This document shows positions 1 to 11,583 of a stretch of 64,000 bases of DNA, piece after piece. The stretch is from Azolla caroliniana. Lineage: Eukaryota; Plantae; Polypodiophyta. Location: contig JBHGNT010000014.1 of assembly GCA_043228905.1 (NCBI GenBank), positions 12,028,001 to 12,092,000 on the forward strand, given 5' to 3'. The notes beneath the pieces were generated by a model. It was given only the letters and a program-made list of their open reading frames with translations, was not told the DNA's origin and did no database searches. A program made the translations under genes and the position numbers. Numbering within the stretch: the stretch's first letter is position 1; each line of letters begins with the position of its first letter.

Positions 1-255
1 ACAAAACCAAGGAATGATCGAACTTCTCGAATATTTCGAAGAGTGGGCCAAAGTTTGACTTTCTCGATGCGAGAAGGATCAATTTCAACTCATTCGGTTA
101 TGAGATGTCCAAGATAAGTAATTGATTTCTTGAAGAACTCGCATTTTGAGATCTTCGCGTAAACTGTTTGTCACTCAATGTTTGCAAAACAAAGCGGACA
201 TGTTTAGCATGTTCTTCTAATGTACGACTATAAACTAGAATATCATCCAAGAAAA
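1..255 (-). pseudogene. Ty3/gypsy reverse transcriptase fragment (chromovirus-like), interrupted by copia A
   Basis: Minus-strand translation IFLDDILVYSRTLEEHAKHVRFVLQTL (RT YxDD-type region). Near-identical by eye to 39300-39485, so a second copy of the same family. Confidence 0.85.
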
Positions 256-913
256 TGTTGGGAATATGTCCCTCTAGTTGGAGGAGCCGACTATTTGAGC
301 CAATAAGTGCCGACAGTCGAAGACAAGGAAGATCCAATTGTTCGGATGGTGTGCTGATGGTTGAAGAGTCGACTATGAGAAAGTCGATTGTGAGAGTCGA
401 CTGGAAGGAGATCCAGGTCAAAGACACAATCGACTAGTCGGGAAGACCGTATGGTTGATGACCAGGCTGACTAGTCAAACAGACTAGACGGTCGACACTA
501 GAGTTGGCTGATGGCTACTTATTATTAGGGACTACACTTCTAAATAGCCCATTCTGTGTATTAGTATAAATACACCTAGGGCAAACGAGAAAAACGTGCA
601 GAGAAAAGAATGTAGAACAAAAAGAGAGAGTAAGAGTGTTGTGGTGAAGCGCGAGAGGAAGAAGAGCGAGAAAGTGGCACCATAGTTGTGTGTGTGAAAC
701 AATAGGCATCAAGAGCCCCGTGAGGCTGACACAGTCCACAGAGAATGTTGTAATCTTCTCTATTTGTATATCCACTATATAATGAAGCTCTGTTCCAATG
801 GTTTTCCCTGTTTAGGGTTTCCACGTAAAATATGTGTACACTGTGGTTGTGTGTGTTCCGAGTTGTGTATTTCAGCGTATTCTTCTTGTGAGTTAATGAT
901 TTTTTTCACAACA
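256..913 (+). repeat. 5' LTR of copia A
   Basis: TG..CA termini, TATA-like TATAAATA near 566, PBS follows after 3 nt; partner LTR absent. Confidence 0.85.
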
Positions 914-916
914 AAC

Positions 917-928
917 TGGTATCAGAGC
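917..928 (+). promoter_or_regulatory. PBS, tRNA-iMet
   Basis: TGGTATCAGAGC immediately after the LTR. Confidence 0.9.
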
Positions 929-3589
929 TTGAGGTACAAGCATGGAAGGAGGTGTGAGCGGCTTCCCAGGTATGATAGTTCTGAACTCTCAGAACTATGC
1001 ATATTGAAAGATAAAGATAGAGGACCTTCTCATAGTCAAAGACTTGTATGAGCCGATCGACAGAGCAAAAATACCCACGGTGGTATTAGAGTCGGAATGG
1101 AAACTTCTTAACAGAAAGGCAGTGGCCATTGTCCGACAGTGCGTCAATGTGAGTGTCCTTGAGTATGTGGCGAATGACATGAATGATCACGAGATGTGGC
1201 AGAGGCTATCAAGACTATATGAGAGGAAGAACGCCTTCAATAAAACCTCACTGATGAGAAAGGTCGTACGGTTGAAATACAGAGACGGTGAGATCATCGT
1301 CGAACACATCAACACATTCATGGGGTATGTAAATCAGCTTGCTGCAACCAAGTTTCCCCTTGATGATGCGATGCAGGCCATCCTATTGATGCGCACACTA
1401 CTGGATAGTTGGGAGAACTTGGTGGTTACTCTCAACACCTCCTACCAAGAAGAGAACTTGTCTTTACAGGTGGTGAAGACAAGCATCCTGAATGAGGAAG
1501 CGAGAAGAAAGGACAAGGGTGCCCTTTCTCATTCAAATGCGAATGTGTCACAACATTCGGATAGAGGAAGGAATTGACAAAGGAGTCCACCAAGGAGAGA
1601 AAAGTCCCATGCTAGATCGAAGTCCCAAGGTAAGCTCATGTGCTTTTATAGTGGAAAGCCTGGACATTTCCAGAAGGACTGCCAACATCTTAAAAAGGAA
1701 AACAGTGTTGGTAATAATGTCGAACCCAGGAAGATTCCTAAAGAAAAGAACACTTCAGTCATTGCTACGAGCAATGAAGAACTCCTGCTCATTTGTGAAT
1801 AGGCAAGTGCTAATCTTGCAAGCGAAGAATGCACTTGGGTGATCGACTCTGGTGCATCTTTCCATATAACTCCGTCGATGGAGTATTTCTTGACTTACAT
1901 AGCCGGTGATCATGGCTATGTAAAGATGGGTGATAATGGAGAGTGCAAGGTAGCCGGAGTTGGATGTTTGTTTGACGATGTCGACAGGGTGTCGACTAAC
2001 TCTGAAGGATGTTCGACATGTCCCCAATATCAAATTGAATCTGATATTGACTAGAAGATTGGACAACGAAGGCTACAATGGTAGTTTTCTGAATGGCAAG
2101 TGGAAGTTGTACTGAGGAAATCTTATAGTGGCTCAAGCACAGAAAGAAGGCACATTGTATATGATGCAAGCCTAACTGTGCAAGTCGGAAGTGAATGTGG
2201 CAGCCGACTCGGCAAGCCAGATATAGCATAAGAGGCTAGGCCACTTTAGTGAGAAGGGTTTGCATCTATTAGCGGACTAGAAACTTCTACCAGAGGTAAA
2301 GGGAGTGCACCTAGAGAAGTGCGTCGACTGCTTAGTTGGAAAGCAGAACAGAGCAACATTCCACTCAAGACCACCAAGAAGAAGAGAAGTGCCACTGGAA
2401 CTAGTACACACGGATGTGTGTTATGTGAATGCTCCGTCGCATCGAGGTGGACAATACTTTGTGACTTTCATCGATGACTACAGTCGGAAGTTGTGGGCTT
2501 TTGCACTAAAGTCTAAAGATCAAGTACTGTCGTTTTTCAAGGAGTTCCTGGCAAGAGTCAAAGGGGAGTCAGGTCAGAAGCTGAAGGTTGTCCGAACCGA
2601 CAATGGTGGCGAATATAAAGGGCAATTCGAGGAATATTGCAAGGCCCAAGGTATTCGAATCGAATACACAGTGCCGAAGACCCCTGCGGTGGACGGGCTT
2701 GCAGAGAGGATGAATTGAACAATTATGGAGAGAGTAAGGAGCATGCTCTCTCATGCTAAACTACCAAAAACCTATTGGGGTGAGGCGATGTATACAACTG
2801 TTTATCTAATCAAAGGTCCCCCTCAGTACCACCGAAAGGTGATGTCCCACAAAGGGTGTGGACAGGAAAGGATGTCTCCTACCGACACATGAGGGTGTTC
2901 AGATGCTTAGTGTATATGCATGTTGCAAAGGATTAGAGGTTGAAGCTCAACAGTAAGTCGAAACCATGCATATTCATGGGATACTCAGAAGATGAGTTCG
3001 GCTATAGTCTATGGGACTTAGTCGATAAGAAAGTAGTAAGAAGTTGGGACATAGTCTTCTTGGAAGATAAGATGATTGAGGATTGGAAGAAACAGAAGTC
3101 GAAATTGACTCCCCATTCGCCCTCGACTACCACCTTAAGACTAGCTGAACCGACACAATCGGCTAATTGGAGACAACTAGGTGGAAGAGCTGAATCGGAG
3201 TTCATTGACTTAGATCAACCAACCTGTGAGTCGGAGTCAACAGAGCTATTGAAGTTGATCGAAGAATATGAATCGGAGTCAGTGGACCACCGACAACCGA
3301 TCGACATGAATGAACCTGAGCCGAGAGAAGAGTTGGTAGAGACATCCGAGCCGGAGCTAACGACGAATGGAAGGAGATACCCTCTCAAAGAGACAAGAAC
3401 ACTGACAACATATGCCAGTCAATACATCGTCTTGACTGATGAAGGTGAACTAGAGTGTTATGACGAAGCCATTGCCGACAAGCACAGAGAAAGATGGCTA
3501 AGTGCAATGCAAGACGAGATGGACTCCTTGCATGAAAACTACACCTACGGCCTGGTAGAATTATCGAAAGGTAAGAGAACACTCAGGAA

Positions 3590-4130
3590 CAAGGTTGTTA
3601 GGTATGTTAGATACGGTACAGATACCATACGTATATAACATATGAATATGTGTATAGTACCTCCCAATTTAAAAATACGTTAAATACGTTTTTTAATATA
3701 TTAAATACTTATAAAATACTTCTAGAAATTGAAAATTATTTACCTTTCTAAATAATATTTGTAACATTGTAAAAAGCATCTATTTTTACACAAGTTTGTG
3801 ATGTACATTATAGATCTACATCCTAAAATGCATATAAGACATTTGAACATTTCACACCCTAAAATACTTATTATATGAATGTAGACATTCACTTATTCTA
3901 TAAATCAGTGTAAGTGTGTATCACGATGTTCTCCTTCAAATTGTAATTATTTACAATTATGCCTTCATAGATTGAGGAATCGTCTATGATTATCACACTC
4001 ATGATAGGTTTCTTTTTTCTTCGTTTTCTTCTTTTTCTTCTTTTTCTTCTTCTTCTTCGTCATCTCTTCTGTTCTTCTTTCTTCCTTCTTTTTGCTTCGT
4101 TTTCACTAAAATCATTTTTTTCTTTTGCTT
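3590..4130. mobile_element. AT-rich fragment, possibly one end of a DNA transposon (hAT-like)
   Basis: Abruptly replaces the copia RT. Starts CAAGGTTGTTAGG followed by repeated (G)ATAC motifs; minus strand ends in an acidic low-complexity stretch (RRDDEEEEEKEEKEE). No second terminus or TSD found. Confidence 0.3.
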
Positions 4131-5008
4131 TTTGTTGGGGTAAAAACGCGCTCTATCTTGAGTAGTTTTTATATTATCTCGTGCAATATGCAACATATTT
4201 TGCATATCCCAAAGAAAGTTTTGCGTACTCCGCAACTCATCATGATGTATATTAACATCAATTGGGGCTCGTGGCTAAAAACCATACATCCACATAAAAG
4301 GACTATATCCCGTCGATGTATGTTTGAATCTGTTATAAGCACGCTCCAAAATTGGGAGATAACGTTCCCCTTTTGTTGGTTTTGCACCAACGTATGTTTG
4401 AAGCATGTCCTCAATAATTTGATTTACTCGTTCTTTTGTCCATTGGATTGAGGATGATCTTTGGACCTCATGCTGAATGTAGTTTCTAACTTCTTCAAGA
4501 CTTGCGTCCAAAAGTCGCTAGTAAAATTTGGATCTCGATCAGTCATAATATCCATTGTTAACCTGTAAAAACAAAATAATTCATCAACGAATTGGTAAGC
4601 CAATTCAGGAGTTGTTACCATGGTCTTAGTAGCAATAAATTTGGCCATTTTAGTTAGTTGATCAACCACAACCCAGATGACATGATGGCTTTTTGGGTGT
4701 GAGGAAGGCTAACAATAAAATCCATGGATATACTTTCCCATTTTTTATTGGGAATGTCCAAGGGATGTAAAAGTTCACTGACTTTAAGTCACTCGGCTTT
4801 GTTAACCTGAGATTGGTGACATTTAGTCACATATCTATGTACGTCAGGACGCATCTTAGGCCAATAGAATTGAGTGGAGATAAGAACGAGTGTACGATCT
4901 ATTCCAGGGTGCCCTGCTAAGGGTGCATCATGGCATTAAAAAAGAATTCTCTTTTTGACCTCAAGCAAATCAGGAACACAAACCTTCCCATTATGGTAGA
5001 GTAGACCG
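4130..5008 (-). pseudogene. Integrase region of host gypsy element
   Basis: ORF fragments 4424-4669, 4275-4511 and 3999-4235 carry rve motifs; NGLLYHNGKVCVP at the upstream end. Confidence 0.85.
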
Positions 5009-5145
5009 TTAGCCCGTGTACGCTCCTCGTTCTCTCTTCTTTTCTTCTTCCCCGTGCAGAAGAGGCTCCCACGTAACACGATCCCTTGACACCGATAGCT
5101 TGTGGGCTCAGCGAAGGTGTTTCCCCAGAAACGGTTAACACAATT

Positions 5146-5158
5146 TGGCACGCCCGGT
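5146..5158 (+). promoter_or_regulatory. PBS of element B, tRNA-Arg(UCU)-type
   Basis: TGGCACGCCCGGT 5 nt after LTR end TTAACA (5140); tRNA identity recalled from plant tRNA-Arg 3' ends. Confidence 0.8.
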
Positions 5159-5506
5159 TACAGCTGTAAGGTCACAATGAACGACGTTGGAAGCAAACTC
5201 CAGCCGCCATTACGGCGCCCAATCGCATCACGCGGTCTCGGCCACCTACCCGACGCCCTGAGCCAGTCGAAGGAACTTCCAACTCGGCAGTTACTGACCA
5301 CTCGGTTCAGGAACTATCGGAGGCTCACCGGTTGCAATCCTCGCCACCCGATACCCAGTCGCGAGTTGATTTCGCACCAACCTCCCCGCTGAGCCCTCGA
5401 GAGGTCACCCAACCTGACCCTAATCCTATTCCGGTTTTACCCGAGTACCCGGATCTTGATACCATGCCTTACCCTTACCCACGGTATACCAATGGCCCCG
5501 ACACAC

Positions 5507-5930
5507 TGTCAGGAATAGTACTAAAGCAGAGATGGAATTAGTACTAAGAAGAGCAGTACTATTAGTACTAAGAGGACGGGACTGCGTAAGATTCCCGAGA
5601 GAGGAAGTGAGAAGAGGAGAGAGAGAGAGAAAGATGATGATAGCAGCTAATATATTATGTGAAAAGATAAGTACAAGCGGCTAAGATGCTTAAGACTGGC
5701 GTTGAACCAATTTGGTTCAAAACAGTGCCTTGTGCCTCCTTTTATAGTGTTTTTTAGGAATAATCCTAAAGCTTCTAGAATGTTCCAGAGAGATCTGGAA
5801 TATACATCAATTTTCTATGATAAAGCATAAATGAAAATAATATCCTACAAATTACAATTCATAGTCTAATGGTAAGAGCTCGACCCATGTAGCATAAGGT
5901 CATGGGTTCGAGTCTTGCCATATCATGACA
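5507..5930 (-). mobile_element. Solo LTR inserted in gag of B
   Basis: TGTCA..TGACA termini; minus-strand TATA (CTATAAAAAGGAGG) and CT-rich tract; splits gag peptide NGPDT/ESHTRAF. TSD imperfect (CACAC/CACGG). Confidence 0.75.
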
Positions 5931-6095
5931 CACGGAATCACACACCCGGGCGTTCGTGTCCACATGGCAGGCCAACCACTCGACGCAGCGGTTATCGGCT
6001 GCTGAAATCGAGGCCTCCAAACTCGCGGAATTTGCTTTATCCCTCGATGGCCCGACTACTCAATGGTACTCCCGCCTCGACATGGGAGAGGTCAC

Positions 6096-9000
6096 TGTTA
6101 GAGACAAAGTCGTCTGTGCGGAAGATCAAGAAGCATTCGATTCTGTTCTGCACCTGCGTATGATAGATTGTAGGTCGTTGCACAGAGATAGAGAGAGAGA
6201 GAGAGAGAGAGAGGCACAAGAGAACACTTTATTCCACAAAGCAATAATACAACACCCCAACCTTACAAAAAGGTTACAAGGTCACTATATATAGTGACCG
6301 ACTTAGGGCAACTACCATTTATGCTAATTACACAAATGGCCCAAAGGGATAGTGTGAATACGTCCATTATACACTTGTATTCGACACTCCCCCGTAATGG
6401 GCGTATACATGGGTTATCTAAGATTACAGGTATAGACTTAGGTTCTCGGACATATCAGCTTTGTTCGAGTCGGCAGGGTCCGAAGGCAGAAGACCGAACT
6501 GGTCGGGTCGGAACAGTTGAAGCCGATCATTAAGGAACTGATGTCGGTTGTCGGGAACCATCCTGCTCTGTGTCCGGCTCTAACCGGACTGGTTTGTCGT
6601 TACGCCCATCTGATGCCGAAGGGACCGAAAGCGGTCTGCCGAAAGACACTTGGTCATTCCATCTGCGACATTGTCGGTTGTGGATATTTTCTCCAGACCG
6701 ATTTTCCCTGAAATGACGCAGTCCCGAACGAAGTGATATCGAACGTCGATATGTTTGGAGGCGTTGTGGTGAACCGGATTTCTCGACAAGGCAACAGCAC
6801 CTTGACTGTCGCTATAGACAACTGGAGCCGAGTCATGGTCGACTTGTCGAAACGTGTGCGCCAGCCGGCCGAGCCACAAAGCTTCTTTTGCAGCGTCGGA
6901 CGCAGCTACATATTCTGCTTCGGTCGTTGAGGTCGCTGTGCACTCCTGAAGTTTCGACTTCCACGAAATTGCTCCATTGCCGAATTTGAAGCAGTATCCG
7001 GTTGTTGATTTCCGACTGTCTATACAGCCGGCGAAGTCCGAGTCGGTGTAACCGACTACGCCTGAGGTTCGGTTCGGACCGAAAAGAATGCCGTGGTCTT
7101 TTGTGCCAGCCAGATATCTGAACACATGCTTGACTGCGTTCCAATGCGATCGGCCGGGATTGTGCATAAATCTGCTAACGACTCCTACGGCGTGAGAAAT
7201 ATCAGGCCGTGTCGCGACCATCAGGTACATAAGGGAGCCGACTGCCGGTGCATACGGTACCGACTTCATATCTTCCCCCTCCGGACCGGATGTTGGGCAG
7301 TCTCGCTGAGAGAGCCGAAGATTCATGGGGAGCGGGGTTGAAGCAGATTTGGCTGATTGCATGTTGAAGCGTTCCAAGACACGTCGGATATAGTCGGTCT
7401 GAGACAAAAAAAGATGTCGTTTATCGCGATGCCGACTAATCTTCATGCCGAGTATGTGTCGTGCCGGACCGAGGTCCTTCATGGCAAACTTCAACCGCAG
7501 TTGCCGAATGAGATCGGCAAGTTCGCCCGCGTGGCGTCCAGAAATTAGCATGTCGTCCACGTAAATGATGAGGAAGATGAGTGATCCATCTTGAGCTGTG
7601 TTGGTGAAGAGACAATGGTCCTCATCGCTTTTTGAGAAGCCGATCGATTGGATGAAGTCGTCGAACTTCTTGTACCATTGTCGCGGTGCCTGTTTGAGGC
7701 CGTATAGACTCTTCCTGAGTCGGCAGACTAGATGTTCTTGGCCAGTAGCAACGAAGCCTTTTGGCTGCTCCATATAAATTTCCTCGTCAAGATCACCATG
7801 GAGGAAGGCTGTTTTGACATCTAGTTGAATCAGCTCCAAGTTGTCGGCTGCCACTACGCCGAGTAGGAAACGAAGGGTTGTCATTTTCACCACTGGTGAG
7901 AAAATCTCGTCGAAGTCGACGCCATATTCTTGTCGGAAGCCCTTCGCAACTAATCTGGCTTTGTACTTTGGGGTGGTCGAATCAGACGTCTCTTTTAGTC
8001 GATAAACCCACTTGCAAGGAAGAGCACGTCGGTTCCTAGGTAATTCGACCAGATCCCAAGTCTTGTTTGCCCGAATGGAGTGCATTTCCGACTCCATCGC
8101 CAGATGCCAGGTGGCTGAATCGACAGATGTCGATGCTTCTTCGTAAGACGTCGGTTCGCCGGCGTCGGTGAAGAAAATTCCAGGAGAATACCTCTCCGGA
8201 GGTTGCGACAGTCTCTCGGATCGTCGAGGTATGATTGGACTAGTCGCATCGGGTATCGAGGTCGGATGGTCCGAAAGCGGATTGTTCTGCTGTGCCGAGT
8301 CGGGGTTGTCCGAGTCGGTAGTGTAAGGTTCAGCTACCCGTGAAGCTGACCGTGTGTTGAGAGCGGGGACTTCTTGAAGGGTCGGCACATCGGAAAATGT
8401 TACCCTTCGGACTTCGATCGGTTTTTCGACTGATGGATTCATAGCCGACTCGTTGAACACAACGTCCGAACTTCGAACGATTTGTCTGCGTTCGGGGTCC
8501 CAGAGTCGGTATCCCATTTCGCCGTCGGATCCATATCCAAGGAAAATGCATTTCCTGGACCGAGGTGCAAGTTTTCGGCGATCATCTTTCGGAATAAGGG
8601 CGTACGCCTCGCATCCGAAGATCCTCAGCTTGTCGTAATTCGGCTTACTGCCGATCCATAGTTCCTGAGGAATTTGAAGTCCTAGAGGTCTACTGGGCGA
8701 CATATTGATTATGTGTACTGCCGTGAGTAGAGCCTCTGCCCAGAAGCCATCCGACAGTCCGGAGTGTTGGAGCATGGAAACTATCCGTTCTTGGATTGTC
8801 CGATTCATGCGTTCGGCAATCCCGTTTTGCTCCGGGCTGTGTGGTGCCGTAAATTCACGTCGGATGCCGCGTTGTCGGCAGAATTTGACGAATTCTTCGG
8901 ATTTGAACTCTCCCCCATTGTCTGTCCGAAAGCATTTCAGCTTTCGGTCGGTTTGATTTTCTACCATAGCGAGCCAATCGGTGAAGATCGAGAAGACACG

Positions 9001-11578
9001 ATCTTTGGTGCGAATTGGATAAGCCCACACCTTTCGAGTCGAATCGTCAATAAAACTGACGAAGTAAGAGGCACCGCCTAGAGACTGATGCGGCATTGGG
9101 CCACAGACGTCCGAATGGACTAAATCGAGAGGTCTCGTTTCTCTTGGTGCTGATGTCGGGTGTGATGCGGCTGCTTGTTTGCCATACTGGCAATGCTCGC
9201 AGAATTGATGGTCGGAGAAGGAGAGTTTGGGGATGTATCCGGCTCTAGATAGATGCGTAATGCCGGCCTTGCTGAGGTGTCCTAATCTTCGGTGCCATAG
9301 TGATGACACAGGAATATCCACCAAAAACAGGTTACCCTCTCTGAGCGTAACATGTAACGGATACAGGGAGTGTATCTTGGGTCCTCTAGCAAGCAGGAGG
9401 TTCCCCCTGTGGAGTGTCCACCCTCCCGAAGAAAAACCGGCACGAATGCCGTCTTCATCTAGTTGTCCGACTGAGATCAATGGCCTTGAGAGCTCAGGTA
9501 CATGTCGGACATTGTGGAGTACAAGTGTAGAGCCACCTGCAAGGTTGAGCTCTACTGTGCCGATTCCGATGATGTCACAGTGTTGTGAGTTGCCGACTCG
9601 AACTGAGTCGGAGTGACGGATCGTATATTGCCGAAATTGGGATCGATGAGGAGTCACGTGAAAGGACGCGCCCGAATCTAAGAGCCATGTGCTCGACTCT
9701 TCAGTCGTGAGTAGAACTTCTGATTCGACTGGATTTTCGATTGATAGTATATTCGGGTCGTCTGGTAGCACATCAGCTGAGAAGCTGACGTGATTGATCT
9801 CCTCATGCCGGCCACTCTTCTTGTTGTTCTTGTTCTTGAGTGCGCGGCAGTCGGCTTTGATGTGTCCGGGTTTCTTGCAATAGTTGCAGATTCGGTTATC
9901 CCGTGACTGGCTCCGTCTTCGCTGATTGTTCGGCGGCCGTGAGGAATCTCTTCCTCGTATGTTCGATCGGTCTGTCGAACCTTGTACTACGTAAGCGTCG
10001 TCTGTTGAGTCTTTGGCGAAAGACTTTCTCCGAGCTGCTTCGGTCAGGATTGCGCTCGTGACTTCGGAGTATTTAACAGCCGTGGTTGACGCGTTGCACA
10101 CGGTTGTGACGAAAGTTTCCCATGATGAGGGAAGGCTGCTCATGAGTATCATTGCTCTGAGTTCATCCTCGATTGCCGTCCCCTGTGACGAGATTTGGGA
10201 GCTTATGCTTTCGTACTCATTGAGGTGTGCTTGAACCGAATCGGATTCTTTCATCCGCAAGTTGTAGAGGCGCCGGATCAGAAACATCTTCGTTGCGGCG
10301 ACCTTCTTTTCGTAAGTGTCCGACAGTGTTTTCCACAGTTCGAATGCTGTCGTACACGATTGCACCGTAAAGTATACCGATTCCAATAGGTGCATCCGAA
10401 TCGTGGCGCGGACGATTCTGTCCAGCTTCTACCACTCAATTGGTTTGTATCCTTCTGGAGGTTCTTCATTTTCGATGGGATCGATTTGCTCCTTGACTAT
10501 GAGATAGTCCTGCATTTGTTCCTTCCAGAAGTTGAAGTTCGATCCATCGAACTTTCGTAGACTCATTTCTGACGAGCCGGATGTTGATGCCATCAAATTT
10601 GGTTTCTGTTGACGAAGCTCGGTTCGGAGTTGACTACGAACCTTGTTGGAGTGCAGCCGGTTGGCTCACCCGATATCGTTCTAGTCGGATTTGAACCCGA
10701 GTCGGTTCGGCTTCGGATATATGTATTGTTGAACTTGCTCGAATTGACTCCGGTAACTTGAGGGACAGAACCGACTGGTCTTCCCGAATGTTGCCGAGTC
10801 GGAGTGAGCCCGGTTCGCTTCGGATATATATATGCCGAATACCGATTATTGAAACCGATTATCTGGACCGATTCTGCTTCGGGTGGCTGCAGCGACGAGA
10901 GAGACAGATCCAACTGATCCTCCCGAATGTCGATCAGCCGGATGAAGCGCGAATTGGGGTTGTTGTCTTGAGACCGATCTGCACCGAGTGGTTACAACGA
11001 GCAGCGAGCAGCGTTTAATGACCTTTTCGGATGCCGTTTAACCGAGTGGAGCACGATCGTGTCAATGTTGCACAAGGGGATTTCACCTCGAGCGTTGCGA
11101 TCACAAGGAACAGAGTACAACCGGCTGGCTTACTCCAAGCGAAGATGATCTAACGCAAAGAGATGCAAGCCTCGTTTTTCTTCTTCTCTCTTCTTCGAAT
11201 GACGCAGGAAACCGAATGCTGTGCAGGCTGAGACGACGGCCGACAGCGGATTGAAGGACCGAATACTGTGCTCGCTCTGATACCAGATGTTAGAGACAAA
11301 GTCGTCTGTGCGGAAGATCAAGAAGCATTCGATTCTGTTCTGCACCTGCGTATGATAGATTGTAGGTCGTTGCACAGAGATAGAGAGAGAGAGAGAGAGA
11401 GAGAGGCACAAGAGAACACTTTATTCCACAAAGCAATAATACAACACCCCAACCTTACAAAAAGGTTACAAGGTCACTATATATAGTGACCGACTTAGGG
11501 CAACTACCATTTATGCTAATTACACAAATGGCCCAAAGGGATAGTGTGAATACGTCCATTATACACTTGTATTCGACA
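6096..11578 (-). mobile_element. Ty1/copia element F, full length, very young
   Basis: 291-bp LTRs 6096-6386 and 11288-11578, identical by eye. TSD GTCAC (6091-6095, 11579-11583), Met PBS 11274-11285, PPT GGGGGAG 6387-6393. Confidence 0.97.
6580..10593 (-). CDS. Copia gag-pol polyprotein of F; one premature TAG at 10429-10431, then 1271 aa open
   Basis: CNYCKKPGHIKADC knuckle, WLLDSGAS protease, VHSDVCGP integrase, QLDVKTAFLHG and YVDD RT, KHIDVRYHF RNase H. Start MASTSGSS at 10593 is shared with element G. Confidence 0.92.
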
Positions 11579-11583
11579 GTCAC

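Larger units (their letters stand above)
256..3593 (+). mobile_element. Ty1/copia element A (Tork/Tnt1-like), degenerate and 3'-truncated
   Basis: LTR TGTTG..CAACA 256-913 and PBS 917-928. Gag from ATG 942, protease VIDSGASFH, integrase VHTDVC/RTDNGGEY; breaks off at RT start (KRTLRNK). Many stops and frameshifts. Same lineage as element H. Confidence 0.9.

Noticed and set aside
5860-5925. Functional tRNA gene
   Set aside because: Acceptor and anticodon stems do not fold convincingly and it lies inside an LTR.
10593-10913. 106-aa upstream ORF overlapping the gag ATG (TGATG)
   Set aside because: No recognisable domain and the reading frame is not preserved in element G.
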